From assembly GCA_051294905.1 (NCBI GenBank), contig CM119373.1:4466001-4530000 (forward strand): a DNA stretch of 64,000 bases. The letters are read 5' to 3'. The position numbers and the translations under genes are program-made. This document shows, piece by piece, positions 49,301 through 61,120 of the stretch. The notes under the pieces are model-generated. The model worked only from the letters and a program-made list of their open reading frames with translations, had not been told where the DNA came from and made no database searches. Every line of letters starts with the position of its first letter. Position 1 is the first letter of the stretch. This stretch comes from Botryllus schlosseri (taxonomy: Eukaryota).

Positions 49301-50476
49301 GGTCAACACATTTGCTCAGACTCACTAACGGCCTATGTTAGAAGCTGCTAAAGTGCAACATTTTTGCAATCCTCAGAAAAAGGCAAACGACCCCAAGCTT
49401 GAGAATCACTATCCATACTAAAGCATCCAAACGGCCTTGACGACACTAGAAATATACGGTTCTCTTTAAATTGCGAATGTAATTATCTTATTACTGTGAA
49501 TTATAGCTGTTTTATTTTTTATTGTAGTTTTTGCGACTGTTCTGGTACCCATACTAAAACAATATATGTGACACTAATCGCGCCCAGCGCAAAGAAAAAT
49601 TTCAAGTAGCAGAAACTTGCCCAAAATAAGATATTGTATGTTGATTTACGTCAGAAATTTCAGCTCCCTTCAAACTTTCAAACTTCCGGACATTTAGACA
49701 TATTTCAGCATTTCCTCCCGGACGCAGTTTTAACAGTCAAATTCCGGACATGTCCGGGAAATTCAGGACGTATGCCAACCCTAGTCTATGGGCATGTATT
49801 TACACTGCGTGTAGCATTTAAATAATGGCGCTATGAGATATAGCGAGTACAGCAACAATGCATGAGGGCTTGTCTTTCGCCAGATGTTGTAAAGAGGTCT
49901 CTTGCACTGATTGCTAGAAACACTTGTCATAGGTTTAAAAACATCCACAGCATCGATCACAACCAAATTAGCTTGGTTGGTCATACCCTGATAGTGTTGT
50001 CCTTTTGCGTGACTGTCAAAACTGATGGCGTCTGACGCATAAACTTATACTTCCGAATTACTTTGAGACAAGAGAATAGTTTGCTTTCAACGTTCATTTA
50101 CTCAAATCCTCTGGACATGTTTTAATAGATGCTTGTTAGCTCAATGCTCATTTTGCTGTTGAGGTGCAGAAATCCATGATGTGTTATTGTGTCGAGATGT
50201 TGATTGATAATCTGGTATCTTGTTAGCGGTGGGAGTACAAAGTCAAATCATCACGTTTTCATATCAACTGAACATGAATAACCGATTTTAGAACGAACTT
50301 GTAATATTTGAATACATCATGCAACATATGGGCTTACAGCAGGAAGAGTTCATTCAAAGGCTAGGCTCGTTCTCAAGTAGCAAAAGTAGTGATTGGCAGA
50401 CATTGGTAGACAGCATGGATGGTGTGAGCTTGAGGTTCGCGTTCGCGCTCCGTGTGTGAACCTAGGAAATTTATAG

Positions 50477-51452
50477 CAGCGGTTCTCAACCGGGTGTCCG
50501 CGAAGCATTTTCAGGGGGTCTGCGAAGCCTTAAAATATTTGATAAACTAATTTGTATTTTCGTAATTCGGAAAATTGCGAAGAAGTTTCGCTTCATCACT
50601 AGTAAAACTCCTGAGCTCAAATCAACAGAATGGCCGTCTGAGATGACATTTCCTACTGCGCAGATCATTTTAATTGCTAAATTGCCCACTGATACAAACC
50701 TTTTGCTGTTTAGAGATTTTTGTTGGGGATTGTGGGAAAGAAAAGTTAGATGAGTAAGGTCAATAACGATGACTTCGAAATGCTTACAACAATCCATTTT
50801 ATCCTGTTTGTTTGTTTGTTTTGAGGTATTCGTGGTGTTTGTCGACTACAATGGTCATTTACACTAGGCCGATATTCTTCATTTCTATTCCGTAACAGCC
50901 GACTTATAGCACGGTCCACTTCTACGCTTTTGTAAGAAACCGCTTACGCGGATTAGGGGTCGAGGAGGAGCCTAGGTAAACGTGTAACACTGTGATAGAT
51001 AACGATTTTTCCCATAATAATTTCTAGATAAGATGCTAGATAAAATAAAATGTTTGTCCCTTTTGGTGCCATATTTGTTGCGATCATACCCGAATGTATC
51101 GTCGGACGCGTTTCGCGTTATTACTATATTCGCCACAATCTATATTTGTGGAAATGGATTTTCGGCACTCGTTCATGTCAAATCGAAGGCGCGGATTTTC
51201 AAGACACGACCACGTATTTCAAGAAATACAGTTGCAGAATTCGCTTTGAAATAAGAGAAGTCAACATAATTTCTACATGAATATCATGATCTTATTTACA
51301 AGAAAGGACTTTTTGTAGCTGTTTATCACTAAGGCTATTAGTTATCATCTGCGCACGACAGATGACGATTGCACGATAACTGAGCTAAATTTGAACTAAA
51401 GCTTCGTGGGGGTCTGCGGGGTCCGTGAAGACAAAAAGGTTGAGAACCACTG
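50477..51452 (+). mobile_element. Charlie/Buster-like hAT deletion derivative (copy 2), nested in a truncated GTGAAC-family MITE starting ~50414
   Basis: Ends CAGCGGTTCTCAACC / GGTTGAGAACCACTG. TSD ATTTATAG / ATTCAGAG. ORF 51033..51254 has SYPNVS..AF.VI..FAT.YICG.GFSAL..VKSKAR, a hAT C-terminal motif. Confidence 0.78.
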
Positions 51453-51760
51453 ATTCAGAGGTTCACGTTTACAAACGAACGTTGCTAGCTTCTGCACTGT
51501 GCATATTTTTTCATATAATACAATTTTCCCTGTCAATATAACATCTTTGGTTGATATTCTTTTCATTTCAACTTTGGGCAGCATAAAAAATCAACACTAG
51601 ACGAGCATGCACCTTGCCAATTTTGAAAATTTTACTTACTTTTTAACAAAAATCTACTCGAAATATCCGGCTTTCGTTTGTGAATATTTAGAGACTCGCT
51701 GCTGTGAACTTGATCTACAACCACATAACATCATAAGAGAAATACGATACATGTATGTAG

Positions 51761-52752
51761 CAGTGTTGGGATCAAGTCACTACCTTCGAGTCACGAGTCA
51801 TTTCGAGTCATTGCACATTTTGACTCGAGTCAAGTCAAGTCAACCGATTTTCGCAGCTGACTCGAGTCAAGTCAAGTCACCTGATTTTTGCAGGTGACTC
51901 GAGTCAATTCGAGTAAAGTCGATTTAAATCGAGTCGAGTCATGGGTCAAGTCACAATTCAAGTCAAAAGTTGCCTTTCCGAAGTGTGAAGCATGCTTAAG
52001 TGAATGGATTTTGCTAGCTGTATGGAATACAGATTGAGTAGTCATTGAATCTGTACCGATGAACGGATATAGAGTTAAATATACACGCAATATGGCGCTG
52101 TATCGCTCGTATATGCGTAGAAATCCTAAACTACGTTAAGTAATTGCATAGCCTCAGTTTATAGTTACCTGCCAAAATAGAGCATTGAGAAACAAATTGA
52201 TAAGTTGCAATACAGTTCCCATTTACAAATTGATAGGATACAATTCGAGCCTGCACCAGTGGTTGAGTACTATATAAACCATATTCGAATTCAATTTCAA
52301 TAAAACAAGAGGTTTTGTTAAGGTAAGAACAGAGAACAGGAATGGGCATTTTGCTATTAAATTACTCTACTATACTAGTTTAGGACAGCGTAAGCTGTAA
52401 GCTTCGATCACTTCGTTTGCGATCAATTTATTTGTGGGAGAACAATGGAGGCTCTGTAAATTGCACGATTGGTTGGTCGCTCTCACGGGTTACACATGCG
52501 TTCTGCGAACAATCCGACCATATGCAAGATACAGTGATTTTCATCGACATCGATTGGTTGATGACTTGAAATTGACCCGTGAATTTTGCTCCAAGACACG
52601 AGTCAAACCACATTTCTAATACTTCGAGTCAAGTCAAGTAATTTTAGCAAAGTTACTCGAGTCTCAAGACTCAAGACTCAAGTCATACGAAAAAGGCGAC
52701 ACGAGTCTGACTCAAGTCAAGTCATTACTCAAATCATCCCAGCTCAGCATTG
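51761..52752. mobile_element. MITE with GAGTC/AAGTC repeats
   Basis: Left end CAGTGTTGGGAT. GAGTC arrays at 51770-51965 and 52600-52730. Right end degenerate. Confidence 0.6.
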
Positions 52753-52906
52753 AACATGTATCTATGATTCCCAACACGACAACCATTTCTGTAAACAGTC
52801 ATTTCGTAGAAGTCATCAATAGTAGGCCTAATTAACTTTACTTCCCTCAATCGACCACGGTTGTTAGCAGCAACTATAATAAGATTTATACTTTCGTACA
52901 TACAGG

Positions 52907-52970
52907 ATGGTCGCGTTTCGATTGTTCGTGGCTGCTTTGAAATTGATTATGGCGGTTGCTAGCTCATCTG
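52907..52970 (+). CDS. Signal-peptide exon of a fourth pentraxin paralog (copy D)
   Basis: acag-g-ATG...TCT G|gtgagt encoding MVAFRLFVAALKLIMAVASSS. Same context, phase and flanking homology (upstream and in the intron) as exon 1 of copy B. The pentraxin exon is not in the window. Confidence 0.7.
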
Positions 52971-53534
52971 GTGAGTGAATGATTATAAGTGTATTTTGCC
53001 ATTCTGTTGAATGTCTGTCTGTCGTCTTCCGTTATCGTATTTACATTTTCGCACCATCATGGTTGATAAGGAACAAAAGTTTAGCACGTGATGAAATTAC
53101 AATAATAATAATAATAATAATATATCTTCGTACAAATGCTCGCTCGTTGTTATAGTCGTATAGAATTATTCATCGACATTGTTGACTATCGTTACCTAAT
53201 ACTAGAATGCCATGGTGTATTGGCATTGCTTTACCGAAAAGATGCAGTTTCAGCAGTTCAGATTCATCCTGCGTGTGCAGAGTGTGTTATCTTTCGAGTT
53301 TCCATTAGTACAGGGGTGACCAACCTGTGGCCGAACGGCTGACGGTGGCCGTAGGAAGAAATTTGGGCGGCTGAGGACACGTAATTCAATTAGTATGTGT
53401 TGGCGTCCGTCGACATGCAAATTGACTTTACGAATTGACTCCCGAAGTTTTGAGAGATTTCAAACAATCATAAAGATTTCTTCGCGCTGCGCGCGATTCC
53501 ACGTCCTTTCATTTTTCGACTTCAATATAGTCAT

Positions 53535-53839
53535 ATTTCGTCAACCCACATCAGCGTATGTGGAGCGCTTATTTTCCTTACTAAAGTCATTTTTACGTCC
53601 AAATCGTAACTACAAAGACTCTAACATTCCACACTACATGAAACTGTACTAAAACAGAGGTTTAAAATAAAAAATTGATGTGTAGTACTGTTATGTTGCA
53701 TGTTTTACTCTTTAGTTCCGCAAGTGACGTTGTTCGCATGTAAAAATACACGAATTTCATATAAAGTCATATAAAGTCATATTTTCCAAAAAATAGAGTC
53801 ATATTATTGGTTTTTTAAGGTCATATAAAAATGGCCCTA
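53535..53839 (+). mobile_element. 3' fragment of a hAT transposon with C-terminal transposase motif
   Basis: QPTSAYVERLFSLLKSFLRPNRN (hAT P.TSA..ER.FS motif) ending at 53652. GTCATAT repeats and terminus GGCCCTA. Confidence 0.65.
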
Positions 53840-54357
53840 GTAATAAGTTTACTTAGATATCGTGATTCAATGTCCAGGTTGCCAGGTCACCGGCCCACGA
53901 AACCTGGTTCAAATGTTACTGATCCCCTAATCTAAAAAGGCTGGATCCACTACGGTGCAATCAATCACCAATATGACTTTTGCAGAGTGGACATGGACAT
54001 CCTCCGATAAGGATAGGTTATAGTGTGTGGGAAGATTACGTGCCACTAGTAACGGTATTTCAGTTACTGACACTTACGTGCTAAAATGTTGAAGATTTGA
54101 GGGAGATCTAGATGGTATCCGGATCCTAGATCAATGAATAAACAGTGGACAACACCAAGCGACTGTATTGTCATCTTGTATATGATTCTCGGCCTCGTTT
54201 CCATTGTCATACAAGACAAATTGACAGAAATCTTAACAGAGTATACACTTTGGCATAAGGCTCAATAGATAAAAACATTGTTCAAGATGAACCCATTTCA
54301 CTATCTCAGCAAATGCAATTATGGAATTCGTCAAGAACGGTGCTTGCCACAAGAGAT

Positions 54358-55339
54358 TAGGGATGGTGTGAACGTGAGGTTCACGTTCGCGTTCTGTGTG
54401 TGAACCTCGGATATTTAGAGGTTCGCGTTCACAACAGAACCTTGGTAGGTTCTGCACTGTGAACCTTTTTGGTAAATTGTAATTTGCACTTCATTATAAG
54501 ATCTTTGGTTCAAATTAATTGCATTTCAACTGCGGGTCACTCTATGCATGGCGCTGGCAGCATAAAAAATCAACACCAAATGAGCATGCACCCTGACAAC
54601 CTTGAAAGTTTTACTTGCTTTTTTGTTACCAAAAATTTCTCGACATATCCAGCTTTCCGTTCGTGAATATTTAGTGACTCTCTGCTATGAGTTTGACCCG
54701 CAATCACACAACATCACGAGCGATATACGTAGTCAGCGAATGATGCTTATTCAACCAATCTATGACATTGATATCGTTTTCTGATGTATAAAATCGAGCG
54801 GGCGTACGGGGTCAATCTCGATTTAATATCTTTACTGTATCATTAAAACCAAATCCGTGCGATTAAGGTGCTGGCTACTGCTATATAACTTGTTGTTTAT
54901 GGTATCGGTAGCAAGTGTAGAAACCCGTTTTACACTCTGCTCAATATCAATGTAGCAATACTCAGACTCCGAATACATTGTCCGGTCTGGCTAAGACCAT
55001 TAAGGCGTAAGCTTATATCCCCTGGTAAGTCCTCGTCGAAATTGTTGGCAAAGCGACGGAATGTATTGATTTTATGAGATTATTATATCCTTTGATAATC
55101 GCGGTTGATACATTTTGCGACGTTTAAAACGCCAATATGTACTTCAGCAATGCGATATTATGTGGCCCGAGTCTTCACTAGGTATCGTGTACTTTAATAT
55201 AGGCTATCACTTCATTGAAAGATAGGGTTGGAATTAGCAATATGACGTCACGAGGTTCACGTTCGTGTTCACACAGAACCTTCCAAAAAGGTTCGCGTTC
55301 ACACGAACCCGAACCTTTCAGAGGTTCAGACCATCCCTA
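54358..55339 (+). mobile_element. hAT-type MITE, GTGAAC/GTTCAC family (copy 3)
   Basis: TIRs TAGGGATGGT / ACCATCCCTA. Perfect TSD CAAGAGAT. Confidence 0.92.
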
Positions 55340-56561
55340 CAAGAGATCATCCAAACATTCTCCTTGATAATTTCTCCCTCCATCATATAAGACGGAAATT
55401 TACTTGACGCATCGAAATCGCAATTGCCGAGAGTAAATTCCCAAAATAACCAAACCGTTAACATCGCTGGTCAGCCCTTTTCCAACACAGAAAATGCCAA
55501 ATACCTCGATATTTTACAGGAGTCGGACATGTCCAGGAAGAGTCAGCAAATTCAGTCTTTAGAAACCAAATTATCACCCAAGTGTGGCTTGTCATACAGC
55601 CTTAGACGTTTCACGCCATCCCGGACAATGTTCCCTCTAAGCTGCGCACGTGCGCAAATGCGCAGCGCTGAAACGGTCTCTGCGCACAGAAAATCTAAGC
55701 TGCGCACAAAAAATCTGAAGTTATGACTTTATTTTAATCGTTGCGCACTGATCTCCAAGGTACCGCGCAAGCGCGCAGACTCGTGAAAAATTAGAGGGAA
55801 CATTGCCAGGGTTAGATAGTGTTCTCGCTGAAGTCTGAAACCGAGGTACAATTGCGCACTGGGAAGACATGGTAATTTGCAATGACGTGGGCCTCACGAA
55901 AGAGATTTTTCTTTTACTATGGTCTCGTACGCGTCAGCGATACTGATATCATTTCAATAGCGTGGTCTTTTTCTGGGAATGGCGAAATAACATGGTTTGA
56001 CAGAGTTATAAATAGCAATGGACTAATTCGAAGTTAATCTGCGAGAAACTAACGAATAGTATTATTCGCGTAGCATGAACATTGCATAAGATTTACTGTA
56101 CAATTACATGCCGTGAATTTTCGAAGTCATCACTTCCATCGGGAAAATCTGATCACGTGTGATGAGATAGGATCATATGCAGAATATGCAAGTACAACCA
56201 CCAATATTTTTGAAAAAATCCATTCCCTTGCAAACGTTTATCGGCATATGCTTCAACTGCTCACTGTGGGGCGTTGAATTAAATCAGCTTTCCAGCAGCA
56301 CAAATTTTGATTTTATTCGATTCGTTTGAACGGGAATCTTCTGTCGATAAGGTCATACGATAATATTGTTCTTGCTTCGGTCAGACTTGAATATTCGTAT
56401 CAATATAGATTACTGTATGTCTTGATAGTAATGAGTGTATTGCCGGTATTAATAAGATTTCACATCAGTGTTTTAGCGCGGTAGGCCTACATCTATCGTA
56501 TGTATTGATTTGAAGTTCGTTCTCGTTCCAGTCGTGTGTGTATGTCTACTAGTAATCTATA

Positions 56562-59500
56562 TTTCACCATGTAGAAATTTTCGGTAGGCGTCGTGGTGAG
56601 CGGACGCGTTTTCAGCTCTCCCGTAAATGTAGCTATGATAATTGTCGAAAATCCAGGATTCTAGAAGACAAGAAGTCGATTTATCTAGTTAGATAGACAG
56701 AATTTTCACCAACCAAATTGATACACCAACGATACAGCAAGAAATCGGTTGAAGACGCAAAGTTTGATGAACTGGATATATCATTTGGAAATAGGATATC
56801 AAGACTGAACAGAACTGTGGTTGCTACATCGGGAAATTTGCCATTGGCTGCAATACTTCACCAAACGTCAGACAATCAATACCGATTTGGACCCAGCTTC
56901 GCCAACCGTTGGACAAAAATACATAGCAATTTTGAACCGAAACTCTACTTGATATTATTCATCCAAAGGTTGGTGCTAATATATTTCGATATATGCTACT
57001 GTAAAATCGCTACTGTAGCGCTATTGTAGCGCTCTTCGCCCACATAATTGGATTAAGCCAGCGTTGCGTGACGCGAATCGAACTGTGCGAACGCATAAGT
57101 ATCTCCATTCACTGACAAGCTAACATGGAAATTTGGGTCAACTCGGAATCATGACGAATAAGAATAGTTTCCCACTGATCAGAAAGTGTAACTCAATATC
57201 GATCAACGAGACGGCATCAATTCTGCATGCCCCGAAGGGTAAACAAATTAGTTTGATTCATACAAATATCAGAGGATTGCAATCTAATTCCCACCATGAT
57301 GAGTTAAAAGACCTTATCGTTGACCTGAAGTCACCTACCCTCGTAGCAATTTCAGAAATAAACTTTTCAACCAAACCCACGCAAAACGTTGATATATCGG
57401 GCTACAACTTCGAGTATACTCCGGCACCGAAGTCAAAGAAATCTTACGGAGGTATTGGTCTTTACATTGAAGAAAAAATTCCTTACGAAATTTGCACGGA
57501 CTACGATCTGAATGTCAAAGATTGCGAAGAGCTATGGCTGGAAGTTGATCACCCAATTGAAATTCACAAATCTTTTCTTGTGGCGGTATTATACCGTCAT
57601 CCCACGAAAAACATGAACCAATTCGCAAAAGCGTTGGAGCGCTCACTGGACAAAGTCAACAGCGACAAAAAGATGTGTTTCATTGCGGGAGATATTAATA
57701 TAAACCTTCTAAAACACAAAGGCAACGCATACTCCAACGCCGCCGAATCCGCCGGTCTTTACCAAATGATCACCGAGCCTACACGCATAACCGAAAAGTC
57801 AAAGACTTTGATCGACCACATATATACCAACTCGCGCGACATGGAAATCATTCCATTTGTCATTTCGGCAGAAATCAGTGACCACAACCATATTGGTTTT
57901 CTATCACAAGAACAACAAAGGACACCCCCCGAAACATATCACCTCTGCAGACGACGAGAGTTAGTGGACGAAGAAGCGCTCGATGATGCCGCATTCAATC
58001 AATTTAAAACATCAGCCATCCCCCACATCTCGGTAAACAACTTTGACGAAAAATTTGTAGAGTTTATGTCTGCTATCAAATCACTGCTGGAACAATTTGG
58101 ACCTCTACAGCGCCTTTCGAGAAGTCAAAGAAAATTGAAGCGAAATCCGTGGATGACCACAAAGCTGATTCAACTCATCCGTAAACGTAACCGGTGGCAT
58201 AACCGAATAGACACCAAGAACTGCCCAGAGCATGAACGAGAAAGATTTCGACGTTTCAGGAATCGCACCGTGCATCTCATTTCCAAGGCAAAAGCAAAGT
58301 ACAATGAGAGATTTTTCAACAGACACATAAAGGACACTCGAAAAACATGGTCAGGACTTAACTCTCTCCTACATCGAAAAAAAGGCCATAAGTCTGTTTC
58401 GGAAATTGTGAATTCGGATACCGGAAACAAACTTTCAGACCCGGCGGCCATCGCGAATCACTTCAATGAATATTTTTGTAACGTAGGCCCAAATATTGCT
58501 TCTTCTATTACAAAACCTGTGTCGGCCAGGTCAGAGGTGAGATCGATATCCCAGTCAATTTTGCTTGAACCTACGACCAAATACGAAGTAGAAGTAGCCA
58601 TCCACAAACTGAAATCGCACAAGGCCGACGGCTATGACCAAATCCCATCATAGTTTTTAAAAATGATAAGCCTGCATATCAGTCAATTTATGGCCCATTT
58701 TTTCATGATAGAAAATGGAGTCTACCCAAGCTATCTAAAAAAAGCCAGAGTAGTCCCTGTACACAAAGCTGGGGATAGAACTAATGTCACCAACTACCGT
58801 CCGATATCCGTTCTCCCATGCATCGGGATTGTATTCGAAAAGTTGCTCCTCTCCCGCCTGTCCTCATTCCTCGCCAAAATGTCTGTCATTTCCCCTCAAC
58901 AATTTGGCTTCCGAAACAAACACCAAACCGCTCATGCCCTCCTAACAGTGGCCGAACAGTACTATGATATCTCAGAGAAGCGAAATGTGGGATGTAGCAT
59001 TTTTCTCGACCTAAAAAAAGCGTTTGACTGCGTAGATCATAAAATTCTCATCTCGAAATTGGCGCGTTACGGACTTCGGGGCCCACAACTTGAGCTCATG
59101 AAAAGTTACCTCACTGGACGCCAACAAATGGTTGCGATCTCAGACACCTTGTCCTCTCCTCACCCGGTGACCTGTGGTGTGCCCCAGGGCTCAGTACTTG
59201 GACCGGTCCTTTTCACCTTATATGTCAACGACATTTTTGAAACCTCCTCATTGAACACCACACTGTTCGCTGATGATACTCACCTCCTCTCTTCCGCATC
59301 TTCGACGGCAGAGCTGGATGCCCTGACTGGTGACCAAATGCCCAAAGTCCATGAGTGGACGGCCCAGAACAACCTTTGCATAAACGCCTCGAAATCGCAA
59401 TTGCTGACAGTCAATTCAAAAAATAACCTAACCGTTATTATCGCTGGTCAGCCCGTTTCCAACACAGATAATGCCAAATATCTCGGAGTTTTACTGGACT

Positions 59501-60360
59501 CGAACATGTCCTGGAAGAGTCATATTCAGTCCCTAGAAACTAAATTATCACCGAAGTGCGGCCTGTTCTACAGCCTTGGGCGCTTCATGCCAGCATGGGT
59601 TCTCCTGATACTCTTTAAATCCTTAATCCAATCGAAGTTACATTATGGCATCCTCTGTTGGGGGGCTGCCAGTAAAACTGCACTCAAGCCACTGCAGAAA
59701 CTACAGCATAAAGTGCTCCGAATCATAGCTAGGGCCCCAAAGGGGCCTGGCTGCCCATCCAATAAGTCGCTGCTGAAGAGATTCGGCGTCCTAAACATAG
59801 AAGATATGCGGAAACTAGAAATCGCCAAGTTTATGTATCAGTTTCACTGCGGTCGTTGCCCCGAATATTTCAATGACTTCTTTACCTCTGAATCAAAAGC
59901 GCACAAGTACAACACACGCGCGTCCACGTCGTCCAAATATCATATGATCGACCGAAAAGATCATCGCTCCATCAAATATGCCGGACCTGATGTGTGGAAC
60001 AGTATCCCGCCGGCCATCCGACAGTCGACGAGCATGTCCACATTCAAGTCGAAATACAAGCAATTACTACTAAATAAATACAGTCCATCCTCAAGATTAC
60101 CGGACCACGACTGACCTATCGATCTCGCTTCCCATGACATGCCGCCCTATTTCTTGTCGCTTTCTTTTTCTATACTGTATTCTTTACTTTCATTCAGTGT
60201 GCATGCCTCCTCTTTACTACGCCTAGGCCAAGGTGGGTGTCCGATTCCATTGACAAATCCAAGTCGCTTCGACATCTTCCTGTCTATTCATTGTATCGCA
60301 TTTTTTGTGGTGTATTGAACTGATAAAATTGCTAATAAACCAATGATGATGATGATGATG
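56562..60360 (+). mobile_element. Near full-length non-LTR retrotransposon (L2/CR1-group LINE)
   Basis: APE+RT coding region, then 3' UTR, AATAAA (60334) and (GAT)n tail to 60360. The 5' limit is approximate, taken where homology with the host element's sister copy stops. No TSD seen. Confidence 0.9.
57133..60114 (+). pseudogene. LINE endonuclease/reverse transcriptase ORF with one in-frame stop (TAG 58651-58653)
   Basis: APE motifs HTNIRGL, AISE, GGIGLYI, YRHP, AGDININ, TLIDHI, SDH. RT motifs NYRPIS, QFGFR, DLKKAFD, GVPQGSVLGP, FADD, KYLG. The two ORFs share a frame. Confidence 0.92.
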
Positions 60361-61120
60361 TACGTACACGGATTTATTGTGACGTCACATATGGTCGCAC
60401 AAAATTGCGATTCGCCGTCTATAGTACTTGCGGTTACCAGCGTCCATTTGTGTCCCAGCATGTGTTTTGGCTAGTTGCTTGCCTGTGTGGCCAACGTTGA
60501 GTGAATAGGCCTACTCGCTAATTCTGCTTGTCACTGTTTATACTGATCGCTTTTAATGATGACAAAACGAATGGGTAGTTTCTCATGCTCATCCCTTCAC
60601 CAAGCCAAATTAACAAAGAAGTGCGAGCCGTTTTACATGGAATGGTTGTCGGAGCATGTGAAAACGGAAGACACTTAATAGGTTCGCCCGAAGACCTTTA
60701 ATTACTATTTAGGGGTCCTATACCTTTTCCAACACACCTGACTCGATCAGCACAACCGATAAATCTAATTACGTGAGCTGAGAGAGCATAAAAATTGATT
60801 GCAATATACCGACTCAATGCTGAATCACATAATTTTTTCGCGCTTCGCGCGTTCAGGCGCTACACCCACCAAAAGGATTTCCAATGTAGATGATAAGAAG
60901 CGGCAAAAAGCGCACAGCCCAAAAGGGATCTGGGGGGCCAACCCCCCCAGAAGTTTGATATATCACCCTATGGGGGGCTGATGGTTGCGCACTGTTGTCC
61001 AAGGGCGTGCGCAGTGAGTTGGCGTGTTTGCGCAGACTCGTGTAAAATTAGAGGGAACATTGATCCCGGATTCTACTGAGACTCATTAAATCCCTAATCC
61101 AATCGAAGCTACCTCGAAGC

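Larger units (their letters stand above)
55626..61062 (+). mobile_element. Composite hAT-type element of the CAATGTTCCCTCTAA family (copy 2), hosting the full-length LINE
   Basis: Outer TIRs as in 44991-47468. Perfect TSD ATCCCGGA (55618-55625, 61063-61070). Extra internal right end at 55805. Confidence 0.88.

Noticed and set aside
50805..50980. HDV-like ribozyme in a minus-strand (AAAC)n-tailed insert
   Set aside because: A UCCUCG word is present but the P1/P2/P3 pairings could not be built. It is probably just a SINE/LINE 3' fragment.
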